From the NCBI GenBank assembly GCA_963726745.1, contig CAVSDR010000002.1, positions 350,206 to 414,205 of the forward strand: DNA of 64,000 bases, read 5' to 3'. A program made the translations under genes and the position numbers. Below are positions 1 through 11,094 of the stretch, piece after piece; within the stretch, counting starts at the first letter, position 1; each line of letters starts with the position of its first letter. The notes under the pieces are model-generated. The model worked only from the letters and a program-made list of their open reading frames with translations, did not search any database and had not been told where the DNA came from. The DNA is from an uncultured Verrucomicrobiae bacterium (GTDB taxonomy: Bacteria; Verrucomicrobiota; Verrucomicrobiia; Chthoniobacterales; UBA10450).

Positions 1-1104
1 GGCGAGATCACCGAGTTGCCCGTGGAGGACGGGATGAAAGTGAAGAAAGGCGCGCTCCTCTTGAAGATCCGGCCGGATAGCTACAAGGCGATCCTCGAGG
101 CGCAGGAAGCGTCGATCAGCTCCGCCCGTGCGACCAGCTTGCAACTGAAGGCGGCAGCCTTCAAGGCCGACGCCGATCTCAAGCGGGCGCAGGATTTGTT
201 TAACAAGAAGATGATCTCGGAATCCGAGATGGTCGCAGCGCAGACGACGAACGAAGTGGCCAAGGCGAACTTTGACAGCTCGCTGCACGAGATCGAGCGC
301 GCCGAAGCCGGGTCCAGCCAGGCGCGCGACCAGCTTTCCAAGACCACCATCTATTCGCCGATCGATGGCACGGTCACGGTCTTGAATAGCAAGCGCGGCG
401 AGCGCGTGGTCGCGACCAACCAATTCGCCGGCACCGAAGTGATGCGCGTGGCCGACCTGACGAACATGGAGGCGCGGGTCGACGTGAACGAGAACGACGT
501 GGTCAACGTAAAGGTGGGCGACAAAACGATCATCGCGATCGATGCCTACGGAGAGCGGAAATTCCACGGCACCGTCGCGCAGATCGCGAACACCGGGAAA
601 ACCACCGGCGCGGCCACCCAGGAAGAAGTGACCAATTTTGAGGTCAAGATCCACATCGACGACAACGATGTGCAGCTTCGCCCGGGTCTGAGTTGCACTG
701 CGGATATCCAGACCGACATGGTCGAGAACGCCGTCGCCGTGCCGATGCAGAGCGTGACCATTCGCACCGGAGACAGCAACTTGAGCCCGGAAGAAATCGA
801 GAAGCGCAAGGCGAAGCAGGCCGCGAGCGACAAGGGCGATAACGCCGCCGAGCTCACAAACGAGCGCCAGGAAAAGCGCGCCGAGCGCGAAGAGCGCGAG
901 AAGATGTCCAAGGGCGTCTTCCTCAAAACGGGCGGCGTGGTCAAATGGCAGAAGGTCACCACTGGAATCGCCGACGACACTTTCATGGAGATCAAAAGCG
1001 GGGTGCAACCCGGCGATGAAGTGATTTCCGGGAGCTACAGCGCGATCAGCCGCAAGCTCAAGGATGGCGCCAAGGTGGAGATCGAGAAGGAAGCGAAGAA
1101 GTAG
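1..1104 (+). CDS. Efflux periplasmic adaptor / membrane fusion protein (MacA/HlyD family), 5'-truncated by window edge
   Basis: Lipoyl-like halves (LPVEDGMKVKKG ... TTIYSPIDGTV) flanking a helical hairpin; first gene of an ABC operon; frame open from window start. Confidence 0.9.
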   Translation, partial: GEITELPVEDGMKVKKGALLLKIRPDSYKAILEAQEASISSARATSLQLKAAAFKADADLKRAQDLFNKKMISESEMVAAQTTNEVAKANFDSSLHEIERAEAGSSQARDQLSKTTIYSPIDGTVTVLNSKRGERVVATNQFAGTEVMRVADLTNMEARVDVNENDVVNVKVGDKTIIAIDAYGERKFHGTVAQIANTGKTTGAATQEEVTNFEVKIHIDDNDVQLRPGLSCTADIQTDMVENAVAVPMQSVTIRTGDSNLSPEEIEKRKAKQAASDKGDNAAELTNERQEKRAEREEREKMSKGVFLKTGGVVKWQKVTTGIADDTFMEIKSGVQPGDEVISGSYSAISRKLKDGAKVEIEKEAKK

Positions 1105-1116
1105 CGGCGCGCCGGC

Positions 1117-1835
<719 letters not shown>

Positions 1836-1839
<4 letters not shown>

Positions 1840-3086
1840 AGCGGTTTCTCTACGAGCTGAGCGAGAGCTGGAAGATCGCGCTCGCGCAAATGGAGGCGAA
1901 CAAGACGCGCTCCATGCTCACCGCGCTCGGCGTGATCATCGGGATCGTCGCGGTCACGCTCATGGGCACGGCCATTACCGGAATCCAGAGCGGCTTCGAC
2001 AAGAGCATGGCCATCCTCGGCGATGACGTGCTCTACGTGAGCCAGTTTCCCTGGGCGCGGGTGAATGATTGGTGGAACTACCGCGACCGGCGCGAGATCA
2101 AAACGGAGTATGCGGAAACGCTCAACCGCTTAATCGCGGCGACGCCCAACAGCAATCTCCTGCTCGCGGTGCCGACGTCGAATGTGGTCCGCACGGTCAA
2201 AGCCGGCGACAGCCAGGTTAGCAGCATTTTCATTCAAGGAACCACCGCGGAGTATCCGCTCATCTCCACGGTGGACTTCGACGAGGGCCGCTTCTTTAAC
2301 GACGCCGAAACGCGCGGCGCAGCCAATGTCTGCCTGCTCGGTTACGACGTCGCCGATGCGCTTTTCCCCGGCGCCAGCCCGATCGACAAGGCTGTGCTGA
2401 TAAACGGACAGCAACTCAAAGTCATCGGCGTGGGCGCGCGGCAGGGATCGTTTCTCGGGCTCTTCAGTCTCGACTCGATCGTGATCGTGCCGCTGCCGAC
2501 GTTCCGGAAATATTTCAGCTCCAAGAGCGAGTCGGACGTGCGGGTGAAGGTGAAGGATAAAACCAAGCTCGAAGAAGCGAAGGATGAGCTGACTGGCCTG
2601 ATGCGGCGGGTGCGCGCGCTGCCGCCGGAGAAGAAAAACGATTTCAACATCAACGAGCAGCAGGCCTTTAAGAGCACGCTCGATCCGGTGAAGAACTCGA
2701 TCGCGATTGCCGGCCTTTTCATTACCGGGCTTTCACTTTTTGTCGGCGCGATCGGGATCATGAACATCACTTTCGTGAGCGTGAAGGAACGCACGAAAGA
2801 GATCGGCACACGCAAAGCGCTGGGCGCGCGGCGGCGCACGATTCTCCTGCAATTCCTGATCGAGTCGACTGCGCTTTGCCTGGCCGGCGGGCTCATCGGC
2901 CTGGCTTTTGCCTACCTGATGTCGGTCGGGATCGGACGCGCCTTCCCCTCCTTCCCGGTGCAGTTTTCCATGGCTCTCGTGCTCGTGAGCATGCTCGTCT
3001 CGGTCCTCACCGGCCTCATCTCCGGCTTCGCTCCCGCCTGGTCCGCCTCCCGCCTCGATCCCGTGACGGCGCTGCGTTATGAGTGA
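1836..3086 (+). CDS. ABC transporter permease (MacB/FtsX-like)
   Basis: N-terminal TM, large periplasmic loop, [24 protein letters not shown]-terminal LDPV.ALRYE; start overlaps upstream stop. Confidence 0.93.
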
Positions 3087-3206
3087 GCGCGGATTAACCA
3101 CCGCGGGCAGGGAGAACACCGGGGTTCCGGAGGGAATCAATCGAACCACGGAAGTGATGATTGATGCGGCCTTGGAGGTCCATCGCGCTCTCAGCTAATT
3201 ATTTCA

Positions 3207-4442
3207 ATGCGCTATCGCGAAATCATCTCCATGGCTTTGCAGTCGTTAGGCGCGAATAAGCTGCGCTCTGGGCTGACCATGAGCGGGATCACCATCGGCG
3301 TTTTTTCGGTGATCTCGGTGATGACCGCGATCGCGGCGCTTCAGACTTCGATCGAGAGCGGGATCAGTTTTCTCGGGTCGAATATTTTTCAATTTGCGAA
3401 ATATCCCGTGAGCGGCGGCGCCGGCGGACGGAACGCGGAAAAGTATGAGAACCGGCGCAATGTGACCTACGCCCAGGCGTTGCGTTACTACAGCTTGATG
3501 GAGGAGGTGGCGGCGGAGATTTGCCTGAAGACTTTCGACTTCCGCGGCCAGGCGACTTACAACGGCCTCAAGACCCCGCCAAGCCTCACCGTCGCCGGGA
3601 CGAACAAGAGCTTCCTCATCGCGAACTCCTACACCCTGGCTTACGGGCGGAACTTAACAGATGAGGACGTGGAGCTTTCGCGGCGCGTGGTGGTCGTCGG
3701 AAAAACGCTCGAGAAGACGCTCTTCCCGCACGAATCGCCCATCGGCAAAACGATCAAGCTCAACGGCCACCCGGTAACGATCATCGGGGTAATGAACGAA
3801 AAAGGGACCGCCTTTGGCCAAAGCCAGGATGACATCTGCGCGATGCCGATCACGCGTTTCTTCGAGGACTTCGGCTCGGCCAAGCGGACGGTTAATATCG
3901 CCACGCAGGCGCACTCGCAGGAGACCTACAATCGCACGCTCGACAAGGCGATCGGCGCGATGAGGATCGCCCGCGGGCTCAAGCCAAATCAGCCAAACGA
4001 TTTCGAAGTCTATTCGAACGATTCCCTGAAAAGCGCCTTCGCCTCGATTGCCGGCGTGGTCCGCATCGGCGCCTTTGTCATCAGCTTGATCGCGCTGGTC
4101 GCCGCTGGGATCGGGATCATGAACATCATGCTCGTGAGCGTGACTGAGCGGACAAAGGAAATCGGCATCCGCAAGTCCATTGGCGCGCGCAGCGGCGACA
4201 TCCTCCGGCAGTTCCTCACCGAGGCGGTCTTCATCTCGCAGGCGGGCGGCATTCTGGGCATTCTCCTGGGAGTTTTAGGCGGCGATTTGCTGGCTCTCTG
4301 GTTGCAGGCCGACTTGATTTTCCCCTACGGTTGGGCCCTCGCGGGCCTGGTGGTCTGCTCGGCCATCGGTATTGGGTTCGGCTTTTATCCTGCGTGGCGA
4401 GCCGCTTCGCTGGATCCGATTGAAGCATTGCGCTTCGAGTGA
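3207..4442 (+). CDS. ABC transporter permease (MacB/FtsX-like), second paralog
   Basis: GIMNIMLVSVTERTKEIGIRKSIGA and LDPIEALRFE motifs. Confidence 0.93.
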   Translation: MRYREIISMALQSLGANKLRSGLTMSGITIGVFSVISVMTAIAALQTSIESGISFLGSNIFQFAKYPVSGGAGGRNAEKYENRRNVTYAQALRYYSLMEEVAAEICLKTFDFRGQATYNGLKTPPSLTVAGTNKSFLIANSYTLAYGRNLTDEDVELSRRVVVVGKTLEKTLFPHESPIGKTIKLNGHPVTIIGVMNEKGTAFGQSQDDICAMPITRFFEDFGSAKRTVNIATQAHSQETYNRTLDKAIGAMRIARGLKPNQPNDFEVYSNDSLKSAFASIAGVVRIGAFVISLIALVAAGIGIMNIMLVSVTERTKEIGIRKSIGARSGDILRQFLTEAVFISQAGGILGILLGVLGGDLLALWLQADLIFPYGWALAGLVVCSAIGIGFGFYPAWRAASLDPIEALRFE

Positions 4443-4569
4443 TCCGGCGCCATGCAACGGCCCGCCAGCGAAGGGGTCTAACTCAGGGGACGTCGGCCGG
4501 GTCGAAAATTGAGTTCTTGGTAAAATTCGGCCGTTTCTCCTATTCTAGCAATTCCACTCCGTCTCACCT

Positions 4570-6582
4570 GTGCCATCCCCTCCAGAAAAATGTGCCGGCA
4601 CAGCCTCCCAGGTCGTCCTGCTCGAGGAATATGCCGCCCTGGCCTCCGCCTTCTCCGCGCTCCTGCGGAAGTTTGCCCCGGAGAGCCGCGTCCGCGTGGT
4701 CCAGTCTTTCGTCGAGGTGGAACGAGCCGCTGCCGAGCAGCCCATCGACCTCCTGATCGCCGATTTCGACCCTGCGCAGAAAGGGGCGGTCGCCTTTTTC
4801 AAACGCCTGCGCGAGAACTCGCCCGCGACCCACGTGATCATCATCGCCGCGGATGACGCGCGCGAGATCGCCGCGGAGCCGAATGGCCCGGCCGCGTTCA
4901 CCTTTCTGAAAAAGCCCTTCGAGGTGAACGGCTTTGGCCGCACGGTCGCGCAGTTGCTCGCCCCCGCTGCCACGGCGCTCCCGCTCCAGGATCTGGCGCT
5001 GATCGATCTGCTCGTCCTCCAGGCTGTTTCCGCCGCCAGCGGCATCCTCGAGGTTCGCAGCGCGCACGGTCGCTCCGGAGAGATTCACTTTTCCGGGGGC
5101 AAGATTGCGCATGCGGTCTGCCCTGGCCTGGTCGGGGTGACCGCGCTGCAGGAAATCCTGCGCTGGCCCGCCCCGCGCGTGGACGAAGTGCCCCGGCAAA
5201 TCGATGCCCCCTGCAGCGTGCAGGGCGGCTGGGCCTTTGTCCTCCTGGAGGCCCTGCGCGCCACTCGGCCAAATCCGCGGCCGCTGCCGCCGAACGAGGG
5301 GATACCGGCTGCCAAGCCCATTTCGGCGCGGCCGCGTCCGCTTCCATCGCCGCCGCCGCCGCCGGAGAAGAAGACTGCTGCAAACGCCGTCTTCGCAGGC
5401 AAGAAAATCCTCGTGATCGACGACACCGAAATGCTGCTCGTTTTCGTCGACGAAATCCTCTCCACCGCCGACCCGGAATTGAAGATCGTGACCGCTGCCA
5501 ACGGACTCGACGGCGTGGAGCGGGCCCGCGAGGAGCAGCCCGACCTAATCTTGCTTGATTACAGCCTGCCAGACATCACCGGCGGCGAAGTTTGCCAGCG
5601 ACTTCTGGCCAATCCGGAGACCGCCCGGCTGCCGGTGGTGATGATGTCCGGGCACGTGCCGGAAATGCTGAATGTGGCCGAGCGTTGCGAGAACGTGGTC
5701 GCGGCGATCCCGAAGCCGTTCCTTTCCACTTCGCTCCTCGAACTGGTCGAGAAGACCCTGGCCGACTTGCCGAAGCTTATCGCCGCACGTCGGAAGAAAC
5801 CGAAGATTGCTGCCGTCCCGAAGCCCCCGGCACCGCCGCGCTCCAACAGCCGCAAGCAGCCAAACGGCGAGCATCCCGCAGCCGTCCCGCCGGCGGCAGC
5901 CGCGTCGGAAACGCCACCCGCACCCGCCATCCTGCCGCCTCCGGCACCCCCGACGATCGTGGCCCTGCCGCCGCTGCCTAACGAGAGCAGCAGCATGCTC
6001 GCGCCCGCGCTGGTCCATGCGGGGAACAACAACGCGGTCGTCCTGACGCTGCCGCTGGAAGTGCTCTCGATCCAATTTTCCCCGAGCCTGCAGATGAAAG
6101 CGATCCGCGCGCGCCCTTTCGCTTCCACGGTCTCGCTGCACGTGCTCCCGCAATCGCTCCCCGGCAGCGTCATTCCCGAGGCCGGCTTCGAGCTGGCCGC
6201 CGTCGACCTGGACGCGCGCGGGCAAATCGACACCATCCGCCTGGTGCCCACGACCAATGCGATTCCCTCGATCGCGAGTGACCAGGCCGTGCCCATGGCC
6301 GGTATCGCGCTCCTTCCTTCCGCCGGCGAGAGCTCAATGGAACTCATGCCGGCGCCAACCGCGCCGATGCGGATGCAATTGACCGCGCTCTTCGAGCTGG
6401 CGGGCGTGGAATTAAGCAGCGGCTTCCGCGTGGCCCACCTGATCCTCAAGTGGCGCGGCGGGAAAATGCGCGTGAGCCTGCAACAGGATGCCGCGCAATC
6501 TGGAGTCACTTTCGAGACCGCGCAGGTGCTGCTCGATCGCTCGGCGAGGATCGCTGAGGTCCTGCTCGATGCGGTCGCTTAA
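4570..6582 (+). CDS. Multidomain response regulator: degenerate REC, DUF4388-like domain, canonical REC, Pro-rich linkers, unknown C-terminal region
   Basis: KILVIDD..PDLILLDYSLPDITG..KPF receiver; L.DLL.L....ASG.L....G.I.F.GG.I.HA pattern of DUF4388; start codon uncertain. Confidence 0.75.
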   Translation: MPSPPEKCAGTASQVVLLEEYAALASAFSALLRKFAPESRVRVVQSFVEVERAAAEQPIDLLIADFDPAQKGAVAFFKRLRENSPATHVIIIAADDAREIAAEPNGPAAFTFLKKPFEVNGFGRTVAQLLAPAATALPLQDLALIDLLVLQAVSAASGILEVRSAHGRSGEIHFSGGKIAHAVCPGLVGVTALQEILRWPAPRVDEVPRQIDAPCSVQGGWAFVLLEALRATRPNPRPLPPNEGIPAAKPISARPRPLPSPPPPPEKKTAANAVFAGKKILVIDDTEMLLVFVDEILSTADPELKIVTAANGLDGVERAREEQPDLILLDYSLPDITGGEVCQRLLANPETARLPVVMMSGHVPEMLNVAERCENVVAAIPKPFLSTSLLELVEKTLADLPKLIAARRKKPKIAAVPKPPAPPRSNSRKQPNGEHPAAVPPAAAASETPPAPAILPPPAPPTIVALPPLPNESSSMLAPALVHAGNNNAVVLTLPLEVLSIQFSPSLQMKAIRARPFASTVSLHVLPQSLPGSVIPEAGFELAAVDLDARGQIDTIRLVPTTNAIPSIASDQAVPMAGIALLPSAGESSMELMPAPTAPMRMQLTALFELAGVELSSGFRVAHLILKWRGGKMRVSLQQDAAQSGVTFETAQVLLDRSARIAEVLLDAVA

Positions 6583-6824
6583 TTCTCCGCGGTGTGCTCC
6601 GCGAGGAAGCGCTGCAGCTCGTCCACGCCGAAATTAGCCAGCACATTGCCGTCCCAATCGAGCGTCGGCGTCTTCGTTTGCCCGGAGAGTTGCTCGAGCT
6701 TTTTCATCCCCGAGGCGTCCCCGCGCACGTCGACTTCCTCGTAAGCGATCTGCTGCTCGTCGAGATATTCCTTCGCCCGGCGGCAATAGGGGCAGCCGGT
6801 CTTCACGTAAAGAATCGGCTTCAT
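6579..6824 (-). CDS. Glutaredoxin-family protein
   Basis: CPYC active site and TP motif in an 81-aa ORF. Confidence 0.9.
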   Translation of the reverse strand: MKPILYVKTGCPYCRRAKEYLDEQQIAYEEVDVRGDASGMKKLEQLSGQTKTPTLDWDGNVLANFGVDELQRFLAEHTAEN

Positions 6825-6863
6825 ACTTTAACATTCGGGCGCGCTTCCCTGCGCGGCCCTTAA

Positions 6864-8157
6864 TTACAACCCGAGCGCGCGGAAAGTTTCGTCCACGTGC
6901 CGCAGATGCACCTCGAGGGAACAGAGCTCGTCGATCTTTGCCGGCGAAAGCAACGCCGTGATCTCCGGCTCGGCCTTGGCGTTCTCGGCGAACGATTGCC
7001 CGCCTTTCCAGGTGCGCATGGCGGCGCGTTGCACGGCCTCGTATGCCGTCTTGCGCTCTGCGCCAGCACTCGTTAGGGCGAGGAGGATCGACTGGCTGAA
7101 GTAGAGGCCCTTGGTGCGCTCGAGATTCTCCCGCATGTGCTCCGGGTAAACCTGCAGGCCGGCGACCAGCTCACGCAATTTCGCCAGCATGTAGTCGAGC
7201 AGGATGCAGCCATCCGGCAGGATAATCCGCTCCGCGCTCGAGTGGCTGATGTCGCGCTCGTGCCAAAGGGCAACGTTCTCCAGCGCGGTCACCGCGTGGC
7301 CGCGAAGGACGCGCGCGAGGCCGCTCAGGCGTTCGCCGGTGATCGGGTTGCGCTTGTGCGGCATGGCCGAGCTCCCCTTTTGGCCTTCGCTGAAGAACTC
7401 CTCCACTTCGAGGACTTCGGTGCGTTGCAGATGGCGAAATTCCGTGGCCCAGCGGTCGATGCTGGAGGCGATCAACGCGAGCGTGGTCGAGAATTCCGCG
7501 TGTCGATCTCGCTGGATAATTTGCGTGGAGAGCGTGGCCGCTTTTAGACCCAGCTTCTCGCAAACCGCGCGCTCGATCGCCGGGTCGAGGTGCGCGTGCG
7601 TCCCGACCGCGCCGCTTAATTTTCCCACGCGCACGCGTTCCGCGGTCTGTGCCAGCCGTTCTTCTGCGCGGCCGAACTCGTCGAACATCAGCGCCATCTT
7701 CAAGCCAAACGTGATCGGCTCCGCGTGAATCCCGTGGCTCCGGCCGATCATCGGCGTCATCTTGAAACGCTGCGCCTGCTCCGCGATCGCGACGCGCAGG
7801 CTTTTCAAGTCGTCGGCTAACAAGCGCGCGGCCTCGGTCATCTGCACCGCCAAGCGTAGTGTCGAGCACGTCGGAAGAGGTCAACCCCTGGTGCATCCAA
7901 CGCGCCGCCGGGCCCACGGAAGCGGCCACGTTCTCGAGGAACGCGATCACGTCGTGATTCGTCCGGCGCTCGATCTCCGCGATCTCGGGAATGGAAAAGC
8001 GAGCGCGCTGTCTAATTTGCTCTGCATCCGCGCGCGGGATCTGGCCCAGGTCGGCCATGGCTTCGCACGCGAGCGTTTCAATCTCGAGCCAGATCTCGAA
8101 TTTGCGCTGCTCCGACCAAAGGGCGCGCATCTCCGCGCGCGAATAACGTTCGATCAC
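6864..8157 (-). CDS. purB: Adenylosuccinate lyase, split by a one-base insertion near 7850
   Basis: MIERYSR, TNHDVIAF, HQGLTSSDVLDT in one frame; GRSHGIHAEP and GSSAMPHKRNP fumarase-family signature in the other. Confidence 0.93.
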
Positions 8158-8260
8158 CGGCGGAAGATAGGAGCGGCCTCCGGGAGCGAAAGTGAAAAAG
8201 CCGCCGCAGCGCTTGCGCGCTGGGCGGCGTTCCCCACAAACCTAACTAAAGTCGGAGCGA

Positions 8261-8443
8261 CTAGCAGACGCGAGCGCGCGCGAAGCGGCCGTTGCTCTGC
8301 ACACGGACTTGGCCGCTGCCGAGCAAATCAGCCACTGCGGCAACCGTTTCTTTCGTGCTCTTCGTGCACGAGCTCACCGCGAAGATGAGATCGCCCAGGG
8401 AGAGTTTCGGCGTCGATTTGAGGATTTGATTAGTCTTCTTCAT
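8261..8443 (-). CDS. Small hypothetical protein (60 aa)
   Basis: ATG ORF filling the gap between dedA and purB, preceded by a sigma-54-like element. Confidence 0.6.
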   Translation of the reverse strand: MKKTNQILKSTPKLSLGDLIFAVSSCTKSTKETVAAVADLLGSGQVRVQSNGRFARARVC

Positions 8444-8461
8444 AGGGTTGCCTGCTTAGAT

Positions 8462-8478
8462 AGCAGGCGCGATGCCAG
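8462..8478 (-). promoter_or_regulatory. Putative sigma-54 (-24/-12) promoter
   Basis: Minus strand CTGGCATCGCGCCTGCT has GG-N10-GC spacing, about 20 nt upstream of the ATG at 8443. Confidence 0.6.
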
Positions 8479-8546
8479 CGTTCATTATCGCTCGCTGTCG
8501 AGGCGAAGAATTTTGCCGGCCCTTTGGAAACCGCTCTCAGCGAAAG

Positions 8547-8570
8547 CATTCTGACAGAAGTGTCAGAATG
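8547..8570. promoter_or_regulatory. Perfect 10-bp inverted repeat; candidate operator/enhancer site or dedA terminator
   Basis: CATTCTGACA-GAAG-TGTCAGAATG; no U-tract. Confidence 0.55.
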
Positions 8571-8581
8571 TTGACACGGCC

Positions 8582-9214
8582 TTACGTCGCAGTTTTGCGA
8601 GCACTGAGTCGCATCACCACGAGATAGAGCGCGGCAAAGACGACGATCAGGAGCACGATCCAGAGCGACTGCGACTTGATGAAAGCCACCATCGCTTCCG
8701 GGTTGGAAATCAAGTCTGGCCGGAGCGTGTAGGCCCGGCGCCCGAGGTGCGCGAGGATGTAGCACCAAATGGCCGAGCCGGTGATCGTAACGGCGCTGAA
8801 AAGCGCGAAGTTCATCCGCACGATCCCCGCGGGAATCGAGATCAGATGGCGGATCACCGGCAGCAGGCGCGCAAAAAACACTCCGCCCGCCTCGTAGCGC
8901 GCGAGCCAGATCTCGGCGCGGTCGAGCTTTTCCGCGCTCAGGAAAAAGAAGCGGCCGAAGCGCACCACCAGCGGCCGTCCGACGGCCAGCGAAACCCAAT
9001 AGGTGATCGCCGAGCCGAGATACGACCCGACCGTCCCAGCCACCACCACCCAGGTAAAATCGAGATGCCCCTGCGCTGCGAGGAATGCCGCCGGCGGGAT
9101 CACCACTTCGCTCGGCACCGGGAAGATGGAACTCTCCATCGCCATCAGGATGATGATGCCCCAGTAGCCCCAGTGCTGGACCCAACCGAACCAAATCTCG
9201 AGAAGATGATGCAT
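8582..9214 (-). CDS. DedA family membrane protein
   Basis: MAMESS.FPVPSE.V, GS...Y..G, FARLLPVIRH.ISIPAG motifs. Confidence 0.92.
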   Translation of the reverse strand: MHHLLEIWFGWVQHWGYWGIIILMAMESSIFPVPSEVVIPPAAFLAAQGHLDFTWVVVAGTVGSYLGSAITYWVSLAVGRPLVVRFGRFFFLSAEKLDRAEIWLARYEAGGVFFARLLPVIRHLISIPAGIVRMNFALFSAVTITGSAIWCYILAHLGRRAYTLRPDLISNPEAMVAFIKSQSLWIVLLIVVFAALYLVVMRLSARKTAT

Positions 9215-9315
9215 GGGCGATTTCTAATTTCGGAATTCTGCCTTAGCCTCGGCAAACGCCAACGGCCGGCGCGCTAGATCAACGAGAAATCCGCCCTCCG
9301 CAATCAGAAATCCCC

Positions 9316-11091
9316 ATGTCGATCTACCGGCGCGTGCTGCAATATTACCGGCCATTCCTCGGCCAGACCGTCGCCGGTCTCCTGCTCACGCTCTGCGGGA
9401 TCGGCTTGAACCTGCTTAAGCCCTGGCCGTTTAAGCTCATCGTCGATCACGTCCTTCCCGCGGCCGGGAGCGGCGCGCAGACCACCATCTTGCTGCCTAA
9501 TTTGCCGGCCTTTTCGATTAAAGGGGCGGTCGCCCTGCTCTGCCTCACGCTCGTGGCCATCCAGATCGTCTGGGGCTTGTGCAACCTCGTGAGCAATTTC
9601 CTTTTCGTCCGCGTCGGCCTGCGCGCCCTGCTCAAGCTGCGCACCAACCTCTACGCCTACCTGCAGTCGCTCTCCCTGCGGTATCACGACGCTCGCCGCT
9701 CGAGCGATTCCTCCTTCCGCGTGGCCTACGACTCGCAGGCCATCCAGACGATCTACAACCAGGGCTTCACCAACATCTTTAACAGCGGGATCACGCTCCT
9801 CGGCACCTTCGTGATCATGATCGGGATCGACTGGCAGCTGACCTTGCTCTCGTTAGGCGTGGTTCCGGCGATCGTGGCCGCGATCTACTATTTCGCGCGC
9901 AAGATTCGCAGCCAATCGACCCACATTCACGAGCAGGAAAGCGCTCTCCTGGCGCAGGCGCAGGAAGGTCTCAGCTCCGTGCGCATGGTCCACGCCTTCG
10001 GCCGCGAGGAGTGGGAGGTGCGCCAGTTCCAGCACCAGGCGCAGGAGAGCTTGCGCGCTAATTTGCGCCTTACCCTCACAAACGTGAACAGCGCGCTCGT
10101 CATTAGCACGCTCATGGTTCTGGGCACCGCAGCGATGTATTACGTCGGCACGCTGCACGTTTTAGCCGGCACCCTCACGCTCGGCTCGCTTCTGGTTTTC
10201 AGCGCCTATTTGCTGATGCTTTACCAGCCGCTCGAATCGCTCACCTACACCACCTGGGCGATGGAGGGCGCGGCGGCCGGCGCGCAGCGCTGCTTCGAGG
10301 TGCTCGATCGCGCCGACGACGTGGTCGATGCGCCCGGCGCGGCCGTGATCACCCAGACCGCCGGCTCGATTCGCTTCGAAGCGGTCGACTTCGGCTATTC
10401 CCTGGAGCAACCGGTCCTGCGCGCGATCGATCTCGAGATTTCGCCGAACCAAACGGTTGCCCTCGTCGGCGGCACCGGCGCGGGCAAGAGCACGCTGCTG
10501 AGCCTGGTCCCGCGCTTTTACGACCCGACGGCCGGGCGCGTCTTGCTCGATGGCCGCGACCTGCGCGCGATCACCAAAAAATCTCTCCGCGCGCACATCG
10601 GCATCGTCCTGCAGGACACGCTGCTTTTCTCCACCACCGTGCGCGAAAATATCGCCTACGGCCGGCCCAACGCGACCGATGCCGAGATTGAAGAAGCCGC
10701 GCGCCGCGCCCAGGCCGACGATTTCATCCGGCAAATGCCCAATGGTTACCGCAGCCAGGTGGGCGAGCGCGGCGGACACTTGAGTGTCGGCCAGCGGCAG
10801 CGGATCGGGATCGCGCGCGCCTTTCTCAAGAACGCCCCCATCCTGCTGCTCGACGAGCCCACCTCCGCCCTCGACCCGACCACGGAAGCGGCGATCATGG
10901 AGACGATGAAGGAACTGATGCGCGGCCGCACCACCTTGATCGTGACTCACCGGATCGCGACCATCCACCACGTCGACCGCATCGTCGTCCTGCAACGCGG
11001 CGAGATCGTCGAGCAAGGCCGCGGGCCCGAGTTGGTCGACGCCGGCGGGCCTTACGCGGCGCTGTATGCGGCCGGAAATTACCCTCGTTAG
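9316..11091 (+). CDS. ABC exporter, fused permease and ATPase (MsbA-like)
   Basis: TM N-half; GGTGAGKST, LSVGQRQR, LLLDEPTSALD. Confidence 0.93.
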   Translation: MSIYRRVLQYYRPFLGQTVAGLLLTLCGIGLNLLKPWPFKLIVDHVLPAAGSGAQTTILLPNLPAFSIKGAVALLCLTLVAIQIVWGLCNLVSNFLFVRVGLRALLKLRTNLYAYLQSLSLRYHDARRSSDSSFRVAYDSQAIQTIYNQGFTNIFNSGITLLGTFVIMIGIDWQLTLLSLGVVPAIVAAIYYFARKIRSQSTHIHEQESALLAQAQEGLSSVRMVHAFGREEWEVRQFQHQAQESLRANLRLTLTNVNSALVISTLMVLGTAAMYYVGTLHVLAGTLTLGSLLVFSAYLLMLYQPLESLTYTTWAMEGAAAGAQRCFEVLDRADDVVDAPGAAVITQTAGSIRFEAVDFGYSLEQPVLRAIDLEISPNQTVALVGGTGAGKSTLLSLVPRFYDPTAGRVLLDGRDLRAITKKSLRAHIGIVLQDTLLFSTTVRENIAYGRPNATDAEIEEAARRAQADDFIRQMPNGYRSQVGERGGHLSVGQRQRIGIARAFLKNAPILLLDEPTSALDPTTEAAIMETMKELMRGRTTLIVTHRIATIHHVDRIVVLQRGEIVEQGRGPELVDAGGPYAALYAAGNYPR

Positions 11092-11094
11092 ACC

